40,000 nucleotides of DNA, taken from sequence record MT939492.1; one strand, 5' to 3'. Source of the DNA: Xanthomonas phage Xoo-sp14. The notes beneath the pieces were generated by a model. It had not been told where the DNA came from. It did no database searches and saw nothing but the letters and a program-made list of their open reading frames with translations. The position numbers and the translations under genes were made by a program. Positions 1 to 9,142 of the stretch are shown piece after piece (the first letter of the stretch is position 1; the number at the start of each line of letters is the position of its first letter).

Positions 1-622
1 CGATGAGGATTTCCAGGTGGTTGAAGATGTAGGCCTTGGTGGCCAACTTGGCACCCTTGGTGAAACGATGCCAGCTGCGCGGGTTCAGTGAGGAGAACTC
101 AGCGTCGTAGGCCACGATTGCACGCAGGAAGATGTTGCGCGGCAGCGCCATGTTGTCTTCCACGCAGATCACATTCCGACCCACCAGTCGCACGTAGGCG
201 GTGGAGACCAGCGGGATCGGCAGGTGTGACGACAGGATACCCGAGGCAGCATCGAGCATCGGCGAATGGCCACGCATGCCCATGTTGGTGGTGCCCATGA
301 TCGTGCCTTCACCGAAGGTCACGTTCAGAGGCTGGATGATGTCGCGGTTGTTGGTGAGTCGATCCGGGATCTCGTAGATCACACGGAACTCATCAGCGTA
401 CTGCGGTTGCAAACCCACCAGAGGAATGGTCACCTCATGACCGCCGGTCAGGTTCAGGTCTTCGATCAGACGACCGTAAAAGACCTTCTCACGCAGACCA
501 ACTTCGTAGTTGATCGGAGCGCGGTAGCCGTCGTAGCGCGAGGGCGGGTTGAACGTTTCTTCGAGAATCTGCTCCGGAATCGTCGCTGCGATTTCGCGCA
601 ATGCTTTGTTGATGACGGACAT
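1..622 (-). CDS. Uncharacterised phage protein, partial (runs off the left edge)
   Basis: Not in the ORF track because it is open at the edge. The minus strand reads MSVINKALREIAATIPEQILEETFNPPSRYDGYRAPINYEVGLREKVFYGRLIEDLNLTGGHEVTIPLVGLQPQYADEFRVIYEIPDRL... without a stop. AGGAGG lies just upstream of the ATG (CAT at 620-622). Confidence 0.85.
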   Translation of the reverse strand, partial: MSVINKALREIAATIPEQILEETFNPPSRYDGYRAPINYEVGLREKVFYGRLIEDLNLTGGHEVTIPLVGLQPQYADEFRVIYEIPDRLTNNRDIIQPLNVTFGEGTIMGTTNMGMRGHSPMLDAASGILSSHLPIPLVSTAYVRLVGRNVICVEDNMALPRNIFLRAIVAYDAEFSSLNPRSWHRFTKGAKLATKAYIFNHLEILI

Positions 623-701
623 GGCGCCTCCTGGTTTCAATTTCTACACCCCAGACGATGCTATGAACCGTAGGGTGAACTCATATGAAAGGGGCTGTTC
701 A

Positions 702-1100
702 ATGAACTTGGAAGAGTATCTGTTCAACCGCATGGCCGAGGAGGCTGCGGAGATCACGCAGGCATGCACGAAGATCCAGTCCTTCGGTAAGGATCACCGT
801 GTTCCTTCCAACCGCATGATCGCTACCGATGCCTTGGTGGCCGAGATCAACGACGTGCTGGGTGTGGCCGATTTCCTCAAGGAATGCGGTATCGAACTGT
901 TCGGTATCGGCAAGCCGTCTGCCCGCAAGGCCAAGATCCAGAAGATCCTCGCCTACATGCAGGTGTCCATCGACGCCGGCAAGCTGACCCTCACTGACGC
1001 TCAGCTCGAACACCTCAACGCCATGAACGAAGGCCGTCCCCTGATGCACCGTCGTTCTGATCCGGTGGTGGCAACCTTCGAGCAAAAGGAAACCGCATGA
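702..1100 (+). CDS. MazG-like all-alpha nucleotide pyrophosphohydrolase-like protein
   Basis: ORF from MNLEEYLFNRMAEEAAEITQACTKI...ALVAEINDVLGVADFL. It has the EExxE and ExND pattern of the MazG-like fold. The stop overlaps the next start (ATGA). Confidence 0.65.
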   Translation: MNLEEYLFNRMAEEAAEITQACTKIQSFGKDHRVPSNRMIATDALVAEINDVLGVADFLKECGIELFGIGKPSARKAKIQKILAYMQVSIDAGKLTLTDAQLEHLNAMNEGRPLMHRRSDPVVATFEQKETA

Positions 1101-1297
1101 CCAGCTTGTTCGTCTGTGACAAGTGCAACACGGTGGACACGACCGTGGCAGCCTACCCCAGCGGCAACTTCAATCTGGCAGCCATGAAGTGCACCAAGTG
1201 CCAGACCGGCGTGTGGCATAACCACTTCCCGGCGTTGCCGTACAATCCGCAGAAGGACAACGTCTGTAACCGGGCTACCGGAGTTGGGCTGGGATGA
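1097..1297 (+). CDS. Small zinc-ribbon-like protein
   Basis: 66 aa with CDKC...CTKC. ATGA overlaps at both ends suggest translational coupling. Confidence 0.65.
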   Translation: MTSLFVCDKCNTVDTTVAAYPSGNFNLAAMKCTKCQTGVWHNHFPALPYNPQKDNVCNRATGVGLG

Positions 1298-1680
1298 CCT
1301 GCTTCATTGTCGATTACGATACTCGGGCCAACACACCCGAGGCGATAAAAGACTTTGAACGCGCAGCCAATCGACAGCACAAGGGCCTGTATAGCCTTAA
1401 CTACATGTGGACGTTGAAGTTCGCCGTGACGGTTCTGGGTAAGGTAGCACTTACCCGGGATCGTGATGACATTGCTATCATCATCGGTGAGCTGTTTGAT
1501 GCGTTACATGCTCTGCAAGACTTCCCGGATATGGCCGAGCCCATGGCCGAGGAGATACTTGCCGAAGTCAATCGGTTGGCTACGTTCTTACCCGATGAGA
1601 TTGTCCTTGACGAAACCAAGCCTCGCCGCTGCGAGATACTGGACTATCGTCACGGGGCAATGCTGGTTGAGATCAAGTAA
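1294..1680 (+). CDS. Uncharacterised small protein; possible member of the 1.3-4.9 kb tandem family
   Basis: MTCFIVDYDTRANT...CEILDYRHGAMLVEIK. Overlaps the upstream stop and is followed by a hairpin. Confidence 0.7.
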   Translation: MTCFIVDYDTRANTPEAIKDFERAANRQHKGLYSLNYMWTLKFAVTVLGKVALTRDRDDIAIIIGELFDALHALQDFPDMAEPMAEEILAEVNRLATFLPDEIVLDETKPRRCEILDYRHGAMLVEIK

Positions 1681-1682
1681 GA

Positions 1683-1702
1683 GGTCGGGCTTCGGCCCGG
1701 CC
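1683..1702 (+). terminator. TTCG-capped hairpin, candidate terminator
   Basis: GGTCGGGC-TTCG-GCCCGGCC (one G.U pair) followed by TTTATGCC. Confidence 0.6.
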
Positions 1703-1805
1703 TTTATGCCGCAACGCTCTGTATGGCCCTGTGAGGAGCGTTCAGCGTAAATAAGTACTCCCATAGCCTTTTCTATGTAGAAGAGCCTCAGAGGCCATTC
1801 TAATG

Positions 1806-1826
1806 AGTTTCAGACCTACACTATCT
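1806..1826 (+). promoter_or_regulatory. Exact 21-bp intergenic repeat, copy 1 (candidate phage promoter)
   Basis: AGTTTCAGACCTACACTATCT, identical to 13495-13515, located 29 nt upstream of the ATG at 1855. Confidence 0.55.
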
Positions 1827-1854
1827 CAGTGTAGAGTACCAGTGGAGTTTCACC

Positions 1855-2235
1855 ATGCGTCGTGCAGTATTGATCTACGACATCGCCACAGAACATCGTG
1901 ATGTCCGCCGGATCGTGCGCGATGCGTTGCATCGTCGCGAGAGGCTTCCGATCCTGGATAGCTTCAACGAAGGTCAGACAACAGCAGCGGTCAGGTTGTG
2001 GTTCAGCTACTTCCTGAACGAGTACTGCTTCGTCAATGTACCCCCCACCTTCGCTTTCCGACCAGACCCAAGACTCGAAGATTTCTTCGAGCGTAGAACT
2101 TCGCCTCAGTTGATCACTCTCAGCTTCAAGCTCCGCGTACCACGGGAGCTAGCTGAAGAGACTCCCGTTATTGACGTGCGGGAGCGCGATCTAGTGCTGA
2201 CCTATAACAACGTAGAAACATCGAGATGGAAGTGA
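1855..2235 (+). CDS. Uncharacterised small protein (tandem-family candidate)
   Basis: MRRAVLIYDIATEHRDVRRIV...ERDLVLTYNNVETSRWK. First gene after the 21-bp repeat. Confidence 0.75.
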   Translation: MRRAVLIYDIATEHRDVRRIVRDALHRRERLPILDSFNEGQTTAAVRLWFSYFLNEYCFVNVPPTFAFRPDPRLEDFFERRTSPQLITLSFKLRVPRELAEETPVIDVRERDLVLTYNNVETSRWK

Positions 2236-2236
2236 C

Positions 2237-2707
2237 ATGAGACACACCGCGCGGATTTACGACCTTGGTAATCTTGCCAAAAGGATGACTCGCAACATTG
2301 AGGACTTCCTGGAGCTGTACGGCGACAAGAAGACCCATCGTCCGAAGATTCACGAATGTGGCCAGATGTTGGTCGCTATCCTCACCAACGAAATCGACCG
2401 TCGTTCGAACTGGGCCAGTCCCCTCGGTCATGAGGAACTGTTCGCGCAGCTGCTGCCGTGGACCATCAACATCGAGAAGGGACCGGAGTACGAGGACTTC
2501 TACACCCAGGTCATCGACCGTGCGGTGGTTGCCGTCAACCGCTGGCTGGAAGCGTTCATGGAACGCGATACCTGGATGATCTGGGAGGTTGAGCTGATCA
2601 CCCCCCTGACGATCTCCATCGTACCCAAGCAGGACTATCGAATCGAAGAGTGGACCCGACTCAAAGAGAGCGGGCAGCTGGAGAAGCTTTCTCGCGGCGG
2701 CCACTGA
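2237..2707 (+). CDS. Uncharacterised small protein (tandem-family candidate)
   Basis: MRHTARIYDLGNLAKRMTRNIEDFLELY... Starts 1 nt after the previous stop. Confidence 0.8.
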   Translation: MRHTARIYDLGNLAKRMTRNIEDFLELYGDKKTHRPKIHECGQMLVAILTNEIDRRSNWASPLGHEELFAQLLPWTINIEKGPEYEDFYTQVIDRAVVAVNRWLEAFMERDTWMIWEVELITPLTISIVPKQDYRIEEWTRLKESGQLEKLSRGGH

Positions 2708-2725
2708 ACACCAGAGAGCAATACC

Positions 2726-3175
2726 ATGTCAAGCACGGTGCTAGGCGACATTCAGGGTCTTTTGAGATCCTTTGTTCAAGACCTCCTGTACGCAAGCGAC
2801 TACGACGAAGCCAAGCATCTGCACATTGATGCCCTGTCGATCGCTGAGGTCATACTCGATGAATACTTCACTGACAACGAGTTGATACAACGCGAACCGA
2901 TCGATTACTTGCGCCGCTACGACATTTCGCGGGATCGCAAGAAAGAGATCATTGCTACATTCAAGAACGCGCTCGAAGATTACATCCACCGCATCTGCCG
3001 TATCCATCCGCGCTATCACTACAGCTATCGGCTGGGCGGCAGCGGTACTCTGGAGATCACACAAATGGACCTTGACCCTCAAAGTCCTCCTCTGAAGTTC
3101 CATTGCGAAAGCGATGACGAAGAGGGACATGAGGGCATGGGGGCATTCGTGCCCGAACGACTGAGAAGAAGATAA
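2726..3175 (+). CDS. Uncharacterised small protein (tandem-family candidate)
   Basis: MSSTVLGDIQGLLRSFVQDLLYASDYDEAKHL... Collinear with neighbouring genes. Confidence 0.8.
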   Translation: MSSTVLGDIQGLLRSFVQDLLYASDYDEAKHLHIDALSIAEVILDEYFTDNELIQREPIDYLRRYDISRDRKKEIIATFKNALEDYIHRICRIHPRYHYSYRLGGSGTLEITQMDLDPQSPPLKFHCESDDEEGHEGMGAFVPERLRRR

Positions 3176-3741
3176 TGGAACAGACGCTTGTCATCATCGA
3201 TGCAAGCAGACTGCTCAAGGAAATGACTCCCTATCTCGAACACCTCCGGGTGTTCGGGGTAGACGAGTCTTCTATGCTCGCACATCTGTTTGCAATCATG
3301 CGCTCACCTAACCAAACGGACTATGTTCGAAGGATGGCGCGCGATCTTATACTGGAGTTGGACGAGAACTTCTACTCCGACAAGTTCCCACCTAATAGTA
3401 GCGGCGATGTAAAATACGATCGCGTTGCACATGCAATGATTGACGCGCTCGGTGACGGCCTACAAGTCCTGATCCCAACGCTCGAAACGATCCTAGGAGA
3501 CTATCGGCACTCCGCAACGCTGCATGGTTTTGTGGGCCGAGACATTGTGGTGGCCGTTGAGGTCACTGAGAAGACCGCCGATGAAAATGAAGAGAATGCT
3601 GTTGCTGCTTCCGATGAGGGAGGCGGAGAAACGACTGAAGGAAGTGGAACAGGATCTGGACCAGCTCCCGCTGGCGTATCCGTTCAGCCAGCTCGTCGCG
3701 CTCACGTTCCGTCTTTGGATGATGATCGCGACCCTGGATGA
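3175..3741 (+). CDS. Uncharacterised small protein (tandem-family candidate) with low-complexity C-terminal extension
   Basis: MEQTLVIIDASRLLKEMTPYLEHL...ATLHGFVGRDIVVAVEVTE, then a Gly/Thr/Ser/Pro-rich tail that overlaps the next gene. Confidence 0.7.
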   Translation: MEQTLVIIDASRLLKEMTPYLEHLRVFGVDESSMLAHLFAIMRSPNQTDYVRRMARDLILELDENFYSDKFPPNSSGDVKYDRVAHAMIDALGDGLQVLIPTLETILGDYRHSATLHGFVGRDIVVAVEVTEKTADENEENAVAASDEGGGETTEGSGTGSGPAPAGVSVQPARRAHVPSLDDDRDPG

Positions 3742-4048
3742 TGGTCAGGACAAGACCGGAGCTGATCTGGTCTACGAGGAAGACGCCTTCCGACAAGTGC
3801 TGGAGAAGCTTGTCGCCGAAGACGTCGACTTGTCTGAGTTTGAGTACAGCGAGTTCGTCAAGGCACTAGCCACGTTCGAGAAGGGCGTAGGCAGGCTCCA
3901 TGCAGAACTGGCTCCGTATCTCAAGCCGTTCGAGAAGTACATCAACCGTCACAACGACAACGCTATCAACTTCCAAGGCTGGCTTGCCAGCGATTTGGTG
4001 GTGGAGCTGGAAACCGAAGAATCATGCCCAAGCCATCCGGCGCCATAA
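3614..4048 (+). CDS. Uncharacterised small protein (tandem-family candidate); start uncertain
   Basis: MREAEKRLKEVEQDLDQLPLAYPFSQL...NFQGWLASDLVVELETEE. In-frame upstream starts exist in the 3524-4048 ORF. Confidence 0.65.
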   Translation: MREAEKRLKEVEQDLDQLPLAYPFSQLVALTFRLWMMIATLDDGQDKTGADLVYEEDAFRQVLEKLVAEDVDLSEFEYSEFVKALATFEKGVGRLHAELAPYLKPFEKYINRHNDNAINFQGWLASDLVVELETEESCPSHPAP

Positions 4049-4443
4049 GCCTGATCCTTCCAACTCGTGACATCGTCCACAACCATCGGTTCAATGAGCG
4101 GATCTTCCGTCTCGTCGGGCAGAATGCGAAAACGCTGGGGCAGTTCACGCTCCAGCAGTGGGTGCAGAACCAGTTGGACATGCGCAGGTACTACACGCGC
4201 TTTGTCAGCCAGACAGAACTTCTGGAAGATGCTCTACTGACGTACATCGTAGAGCCCAGGGTGGATTTGACAGAGGACGTGTTGCGGAAGGTCAGCAACC
4301 GCATGATGCAGATCGTGTTGGAATACCACGAGACTATCAATCCCCTGCTCAGAAGCTTCTGTGATCACGCAGCTGATGAGGAACACATTCGTTTCGATGA
4401 CTGGCTCGGTGCTGACATGATCGTCAGTATCGACCGGCTCTAA
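4024..4443 (+). CDS. Uncharacterised small protein (tandem-family candidate)
   Basis: MPKPSGAISLILPTRDIVHNH...IRFDDWLGADMIVSIDRL. Confidence 0.8.
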   Translation: MPKPSGAISLILPTRDIVHNHRFNERIFRLVGQNAKTLGQFTLQQWVQNQLDMRRYYTRFVSQTELLEDALLTYIVEPRVDLTEDVLRKVSNRMMQIVLEYHETINPLLRSFCDHAADEEHIRFDDWLGADMIVSIDRL

Positions 4444-4455
4444 AGGAGAAGTTAG

Positions 4456-4947
4456 ATGGAAAAGCACATACACGAATTGATCGTCGATGACATCAGTCTA
4501 CGGTTCCGCCACGCGCTGCCGTTCGAGTCAAGTCCCTACAATACCACCAAGCCGGAGATCCCTTACTACAAGGCCTCCGAAGAACCGTCCAAGTTCGGAC
4601 AGGACGTGATCCACAAGGGGACGGTCATCCTCTCGACCAAGCGAGCGTTCGAGGACTTCGAGCAGACCGCCGGGATGATGGAAAACATCAACTACGACGA
4701 AGATGAGATCGGCGCAGCCATCATCAACTCCCTGCGTACCGGAGAGCCGGTGATCGCCAAGGGCGCTATGGAAGATGAGGACACCCAGATCCTCCTGCGC
4801 GCCACGGAACGACTGCGCCAGGGGGTGGTCAACGCAGTCAATCTTGCTCGCCTCGATCACAACGAGATGGACAAGACCCTGGTCTTCGATGGCTGGTGCT
4901 GCGGCGACATGGTCCTCGAACACATCGAGATCCGCGAAGATCGCTGA
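4456..4947 (+). CDS. Uncharacterised small protein (tandem-family candidate)
   Basis: AAAGGAG ribosome-binding site, then MEKHIHELIVDDISLRFRHALPF...LVFDGWCCGDMVLEHIEI. Confidence 0.85.
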   Translation: MEKHIHELIVDDISLRFRHALPFESSPYNTTKPEIPYYKASEEPSKFGQDVIHKGTVILSTKRAFEDFEQTAGMMENINYDEDEIGAAIINSLRTGEPVIAKGAMEDEDTQILLRATERLRQGVVNAVNLARLDHNEMDKTLVFDGWCCGDMVLEHIEIREDR

Positions 4948-4978
4948 TCTTATGACACCCAGTTGACATAGGCTCACC

Positions 4979-5389
4979 ATGACCCCGCTTTCGAAGCTGC
5001 CCCTGAACTCCACCGTGTCTTTCGAGCTGTATCCGTCGTACATCATCGGCACCGGGTACAACTTCGCCAAAGTCCTCGCACACCTGGATGCTGACACGGC
5101 CCGGGCGCTCGGCGTGGACACGGCCTCCAAGCACGCCAACGTTTACCCGACCCTGCCCTCGGACGTCCCCAATCGTCCCAATGCTTACCCGTGGGTCAAG
5201 CTGCGCCTGCAGAGCGGCGAGACCGTCATCATCGGCGCAGCCTGGGTCAAGGAAAACACGATCAAGATCCTCAACGCCAAGCGCGTGCGCTGGGAGACCG
5301 ACGTCAGCAGTGACGACGATGCTGCACTGATCGTCAAGGTACTGGCTGGTGCCGGCTTCCAGGCGTTGAACATGGAAGTGATCGAATAA
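4979..5389 (+). CDS. Uncharacterised phage protein
   Basis: MTPLSKLPLNSTVSFELYPSYIIGTGYNFAKVLAHL... A TATG sits at 4951-4954 upstream, and a terminator-like hairpin follows at 5468-5487. Confidence 0.8.
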   Translation: MTPLSKLPLNSTVSFELYPSYIIGTGYNFAKVLAHLDADTARALGVDTASKHANVYPTLPSDVPNRPNAYPWVKLRLQSGETVIIGAAWVKENTIKILNAKRVRWETDVSSDDDAALIVKVLAGAGFQALNMEVIE

Positions 5390-5467
5390 AGACCATCGGG
5401 TAGGCTATTGTATGCAGAAGCCTGGGTCGTTTCTGTGGAGCTTGCACTGGCTTACCCGCACTCTTTA

Positions 5468-5487
5468 GCCAGGCCTTCGGGCCTGGC
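5468..5487 (+). terminator. Intrinsic-type terminator
   Basis: Perfect GCCAGGCC-TTCG-GGCCTGGC followed by CTTTTTATGCCC. Confidence 0.85.
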
Positions 5488-5554
5488 CTTTTTATGCCCT
5501 ATTTTCTTTTTCTACATTCCGGGGCTATCTAGTGTACCTTAGGCGGAGCAGTAC

Positions 5555-7900
5555 ATGCAACACTTCATCATGGCGAAGGATGACTACAAACGAGACGTGA
5601 ATCTCGTCCCTGCGTACATCCGAGATTGCGCTACCTATCTTCAGCTCGACACCGGCATCGACTTTGACGAATGCGTTGACTACGTCCGCACGCAGGTCGG
5701 TCCTGGCGGCCCTCTGGAAATCAAGTCGCCGGAGATCATGTGTCTGAGTAAGGACACCCCTGGCAATCGCGTTCAACGTACCATGCCGTGGGATCAATAC
5801 GTTGGCGAGGCAGTTCAAGCGGGCGATATCATCAGTCCCACCCTGGCGGTCTACGCCAATCCCCTGCGTCACGAATCCATCCTGGGTAAGTACGTCGGCG
5901 GTAATCTGACCAAGCGCCAAGTAGCGAAGCACGAGATGTTCACGGCTCAGTCTGAAGCCGACATCTACAAGCTCAACGGCGACATGGAGAAGTACAAGCA
6001 GTTCTCCGCACTGGCCGGTCAGAAGGACGCTGAGCAGTCCTCGACGAAGGTCAAGAACAACTCGCTGTCTGGCGCTCACGCCGCACAGCACACCCCGCTG
6101 TATAACAAGTCTTCCCACAGCACGCTGACCAGTTCCTGCCGGTCGGCTACCTCGTACGGCAATGCCAGTAACGAGAAGTTCCTCTACGGTAACCGCCACT
6201 ACTGGTCGGCGGAGTTGGTCAAGGCCAACATCATTTCCATCATCAACACTGCAGACCTCGGGAAGATCGCCAGCGCTCTGAGCAAGTACGGCATCGTCTA
6301 TCCGACCATGGAACAGACCATGGCCTGCATTACTCGTTCCAGTGATCTCTACTGGCGCGACATGGTTGAAGGTGAATCCATTCGTGCGCTGGTCAGTCGA
6401 CTGAGTCCGGTACAGCGCGCAGCGGTTGTCTACGTCGGTGACTTCTACCATCTGGCCGAATACAACCGCGACTTCTGCCACCACTTCCTGAACCAGCTTT
6501 CGAGCAAGGCAACGGTTCCGCTGTCGGTGGAAGAAGCTTCGCAATACATCGGTGCAATGGACGATGACCTCAAGGCCTTCGTCTCGATGCTGTGCGAGAA
6601 GGAACTCTACGGCACCAACCTGAAGAAGCTGAAGGCGGAGAACCCGGAAGGCTACGGCATCATGGGCGCTACGGCTAAGGCGATTCCGGAAGTGCTGGAC
6701 CAGTACGCAGAGATGATCCAGGCACTGTGGGTCACCAACTGCATGCCGGCATCCATTGCTGCACTGCCGACCATCATCCGTCGCTGTGCTATTGCCTCGG
6801 ATACTGACTCGACGATCTTCACCACCCAGCACTGGACCAAGTGGTTCGTGGGTACGCTGGACTTCTCCCCGAAGTCGCGCGCTATCTCTAGCACGATGGT
6901 CTATCTGGCATCGCAGGCCATTCGTCACGTTCTGGCAAAGCTGTCGGTCAACATGGGTGTCACCCGTGAGAACCTGCACAAGCTGGCCATGAAGAACGAG
7001 TACGCTTTCCCGGTGTTCGCTCTGACGGGTCGTGCCAAGCACTACTACGCCAACATGTCGGCCCGAGAGGGTAACGTGTATGTGGAGTTCAAGAAGGAGA
7101 TCAAGGGCGTTGCCCTGCGAAACTCCAACGTGCCCAAGCATGTGAACGACAAGGCGCACGGTCTGATCGATGAGATCATGGATACGATCTACAAGGGCAA
7201 CAAGCTCTCGTTGACCAAGATCCAGAAGACTATCGGCAACATGGAAGACAGCATCCGCAACTCGATCATGAATGGTAAGTACGACTACATGACCCGGATG
7301 CAGATCCGCGACGTGAGTTCGTACACCAAGCCGGAATCCTCCGTGTTCGTGTATTACGACATGTGGGAGAAGGTCTTCGCACCGAAGTACGGTCATGCGG
7401 AAGCTCCGCCGTATGGTGCGATCAAGATCGCGATGAATACCGAGAAGCCTGCCAAGCTGAAGGCGTGGCTGGCAAACATCGAAGATCGTGCACTGGCTGA
7501 ACGCATGATCAAGTGGCTGGAGGCGAACAACAAGAAGCACTTCACGGCGTTGTACCTGCCGGAGTCGATTCTCTCCACCATCGGTATCCCCAAGGAAGTC
7601 ATCATCGGCGTCAACATCCGCAAGCTGATCTTTGCGACGATGGAACCGTTCTACCTGATCCTGGAATCGTTGAACATCCACATGAAGAACAAGTGGCTGA
7701 CTCGACTGGTCTCGGACAAGGTGGAGCTGATCATGAGCACTCCCAACGAGGACACCACGGAACTGGTGATCGAACCGGAGGAGACTCAGGAAGATCCATT
7801 TGCAGGCGCGTACGCGAACCTGGATGTGGATGGTTCCAGTGAACTGGATTGGTTCGACGAGGACGCTGAGGAAGACGAGGAAGAGGAAGAAGAAGCGTAA
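5555..7900 (+). CDS. Divergent family-B DNA polymerase, polymerase-domain portion (motifs B and C)
   Basis: KVKNNSLSGAHA (motif B-like, KxxxNSxxG), SDTDSTIF (motif C-like DTDS), then RAKHYYANMSAREG...KEIKGVALRNSNVP (PolB KxY / KGxxxxR-like block). GGAG ribosome-binding site. Acidic C-terminus EDAEEDEEEEEEA. Confidence 0.75.
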   Translation: MQHFIMAKDDYKRDVNLVPAYIRDCATYLQLDTGIDFDECVDYVRTQVGPGGPLEIKSPEIMCLSKDTPGNRVQRTMPWDQYVGEAVQAGDIISPTLAVYANPLRHESILGKYVGGNLTKRQVAKHEMFTAQSEADIYKLNGDMEKYKQFSALAGQKDAEQSSTKVKNNSLSGAHAAQHTPLYNKSSHSTLTSSCRSATSYGNASNEKFLYGNRHYWSAELVKANIISIINTADLGKIASALSKYGIVYPTMEQTMACITRSSDLYWRDMVEGESIRALVSRLSPVQRAAVVYVGDFYHLAEYNRDFCHHFLNQLSSKATVPLSVEEASQYIGAMDDDLKAFVSMLCEKELYGTNLKKLKAENPEGYGIMGATAKAIPEVLDQYAEMIQALWVTNCMPASIAALPTIIRRCAIASDTDSTIFTTQHWTKWFVGTLDFSPKSRAISSTMVYLASQAIRHVLAKLSVNMGVTRENLHKLAMKNEYAFPVFALTGRAKHYYANMSAREGNVYVEFKKEIKGVALRNSNVPKHVNDKAHGLIDEIMDTIYKGNKLSLTKIQKTIGNMEDSIRNSIMNGKYDYMTRMQIRDVSSYTKPESSVFVYYDMWEKVFAPKYGHAEAPPYGAIKIAMNTEKPAKLKAWLANIEDRALAERMIKWLEANNKKHFTALYLPESILSTIGIPKEVIIGVNIRKLIFATMEPFYLILESLNIHMKNKWLTRLVSDKVELIMSTPNEDTTELVIEPEETQEDPFAGAYANLDVDGSSELDWFDEDAEEDEEEEEEA

Positions 7901-7945
7901 GGGCATAGAGGCAGGGGCGCGAGCCCCTGCCTCTGCTTTATGCCC
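7901..7945. terminator. Bidirectional-looking terminator between convergent genes
   Basis: Perfect 12-bp stem AGAGGCAGGGGC-GCGA-GCCCCTGCCTCT (7907-7934) inside an outer GGGCAT/ATGCCC pairing. Confidence 0.75.
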
Positions 7946-9032
7946 CTGGTACGTTGAGGAACCGGGAGATGTTGTTGTTGATCTCGTCCATCGACTTGTC
8001 GAAGTTCGCGTCGTCCATGCCACCCTTGAGTGAGCGATCGCTCTCCATGATCTTCAGTCCGATGGCGATCTCATTCAAGTAGCGCTGGTTGACCTCACCA
8101 TACAGACCACTGTTGGCCTGCACCAGATAGGAGATCACCGGGATGTGCGCCAGGGTAGTGGCCCAGTTCACATAACGGTTACGCAGCGGCAGCTTGAACT
8201 CCATGACCTCACGGACGTTGTTCTTGGTAATCGCAGGCAGAGCTGCAATCATCGCAGGGAAGTCAGCGCGGCGCGTCTTGGAAACATGCACGTACTGCTC
8301 AAGAACATCGTTCACAACGTCGTGGTAGTCGTTCAGAGCGAAGCTGTTGGTATTGCGCGTCTTGGGGATGTCGATCTCCATCAGCAGATAGAGCATCCGG
8401 TTGAACAGCGCAATGTCCAGCTGAGAGCGCATCATGTTCGCCAACGGAACCTGCGTCAGGAACTGGACGATGGCCATCTGGCGGTCAGGGAACGCAGCCT
8501 GAGCATCGGACCACATCTTGAACTGAACCCCCAGCATCGGCAGGTTGACCAGAATCACGCTGATCCCCGAGAAGTCATTACGACCATTGGGGAAAGGCAT
8601 GTTCAGATCCGTGGAAGGGTGACGCAGCACGCGCACCGATTCCAAGTCCTGCCAAGTCTCTTCGATGTTGGTCAGATCGAAGTCGGTGATGTCGGCAATC
8701 ACCACCTCGTTACTACCCTTGCCGTAGAACGAACCGTTGCGAGTCATCTCACCCTTGGCCAGGATGGAAGTCATCTGCATGGACATTGACCGGTTCAGCG
8801 CCATGTCGGCAAACCGATCTTTGTAAGTTCTTACGTCCAAGGACAATGGTACGGAGGTGGATGCCAAGAAGCGTGAAAGAATGTGCGTTGTGGCTACGGA
8901 CTGCGGATTATGGCGATGCCAGTTGATCGCCGTGGACAGGTTCTGCTGGAGCTGCCGACGGACGTATTCGAACCGACCTATCACAACCTGACCGCGACTC
9001 CAAGTCGCCGATGGGTTGAAGATGTCGAGCAT
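7938..9032 (-). CDS. Uncharacterised phage protein
   Basis: 364 aa: MLDIFNPSATWSRGQVVIGRFEYVRRQL...ISRFLNVPGA. Convergent with the polymerase gene and ends at the shared hairpin. Confidence 0.85.
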   Translation of the reverse strand: MLDIFNPSATWSRGQVVIGRFEYVRRQLQQNLSTAINWHRHNPQSVATTHILSRFLASTSVPLSLDVRTYKDRFADMALNRSMSMQMTSILAKGEMTRNGSFYGKGSNEVVIADITDFDLTNIEETWQDLESVRVLRHPSTDLNMPFPNGRNDFSGISVILVNLPMLGVQFKMWSDAQAAFPDRQMAIVQFLTQVPLANMMRSQLDIALFNRMLYLLMEIDIPKTRNTNSFALNDYHDVVNDVLEQYVHVSKTRRADFPAMIAALPAITKNNVREVMEFKLPLRNRYVNWATTLAHIPVISYLVQANSGLYGEVNQRYLNEIAIGLKIMESDRSLKGGMDDANFDKSMDEINNNISRFLNVPGA

Positions 9033-9142
9033 TGAGTGCTCCAGAATAAGTGGTAAGCTACACAGTATTTGCAGGACTAGCTGCAGGGAGTGCGTGTAAA
9101 AAATTACGCATTCTTACCCTATTGTATAGGGAAACAACCCCT

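Noticed and set aside
266-673. 135-aa + strand ORF
   Set aside because: It lies opposite the edge-spanning minus-strand CDS (1-622), which has a clear AGGAGG site and sensible protein composition.
549-701. N-terminal extension of the 549-1100 ORF
   Set aside because: It overlaps the start of the divergent minus-strand gene. The downstream ATG at 702 gives a compact MazG-like protein.
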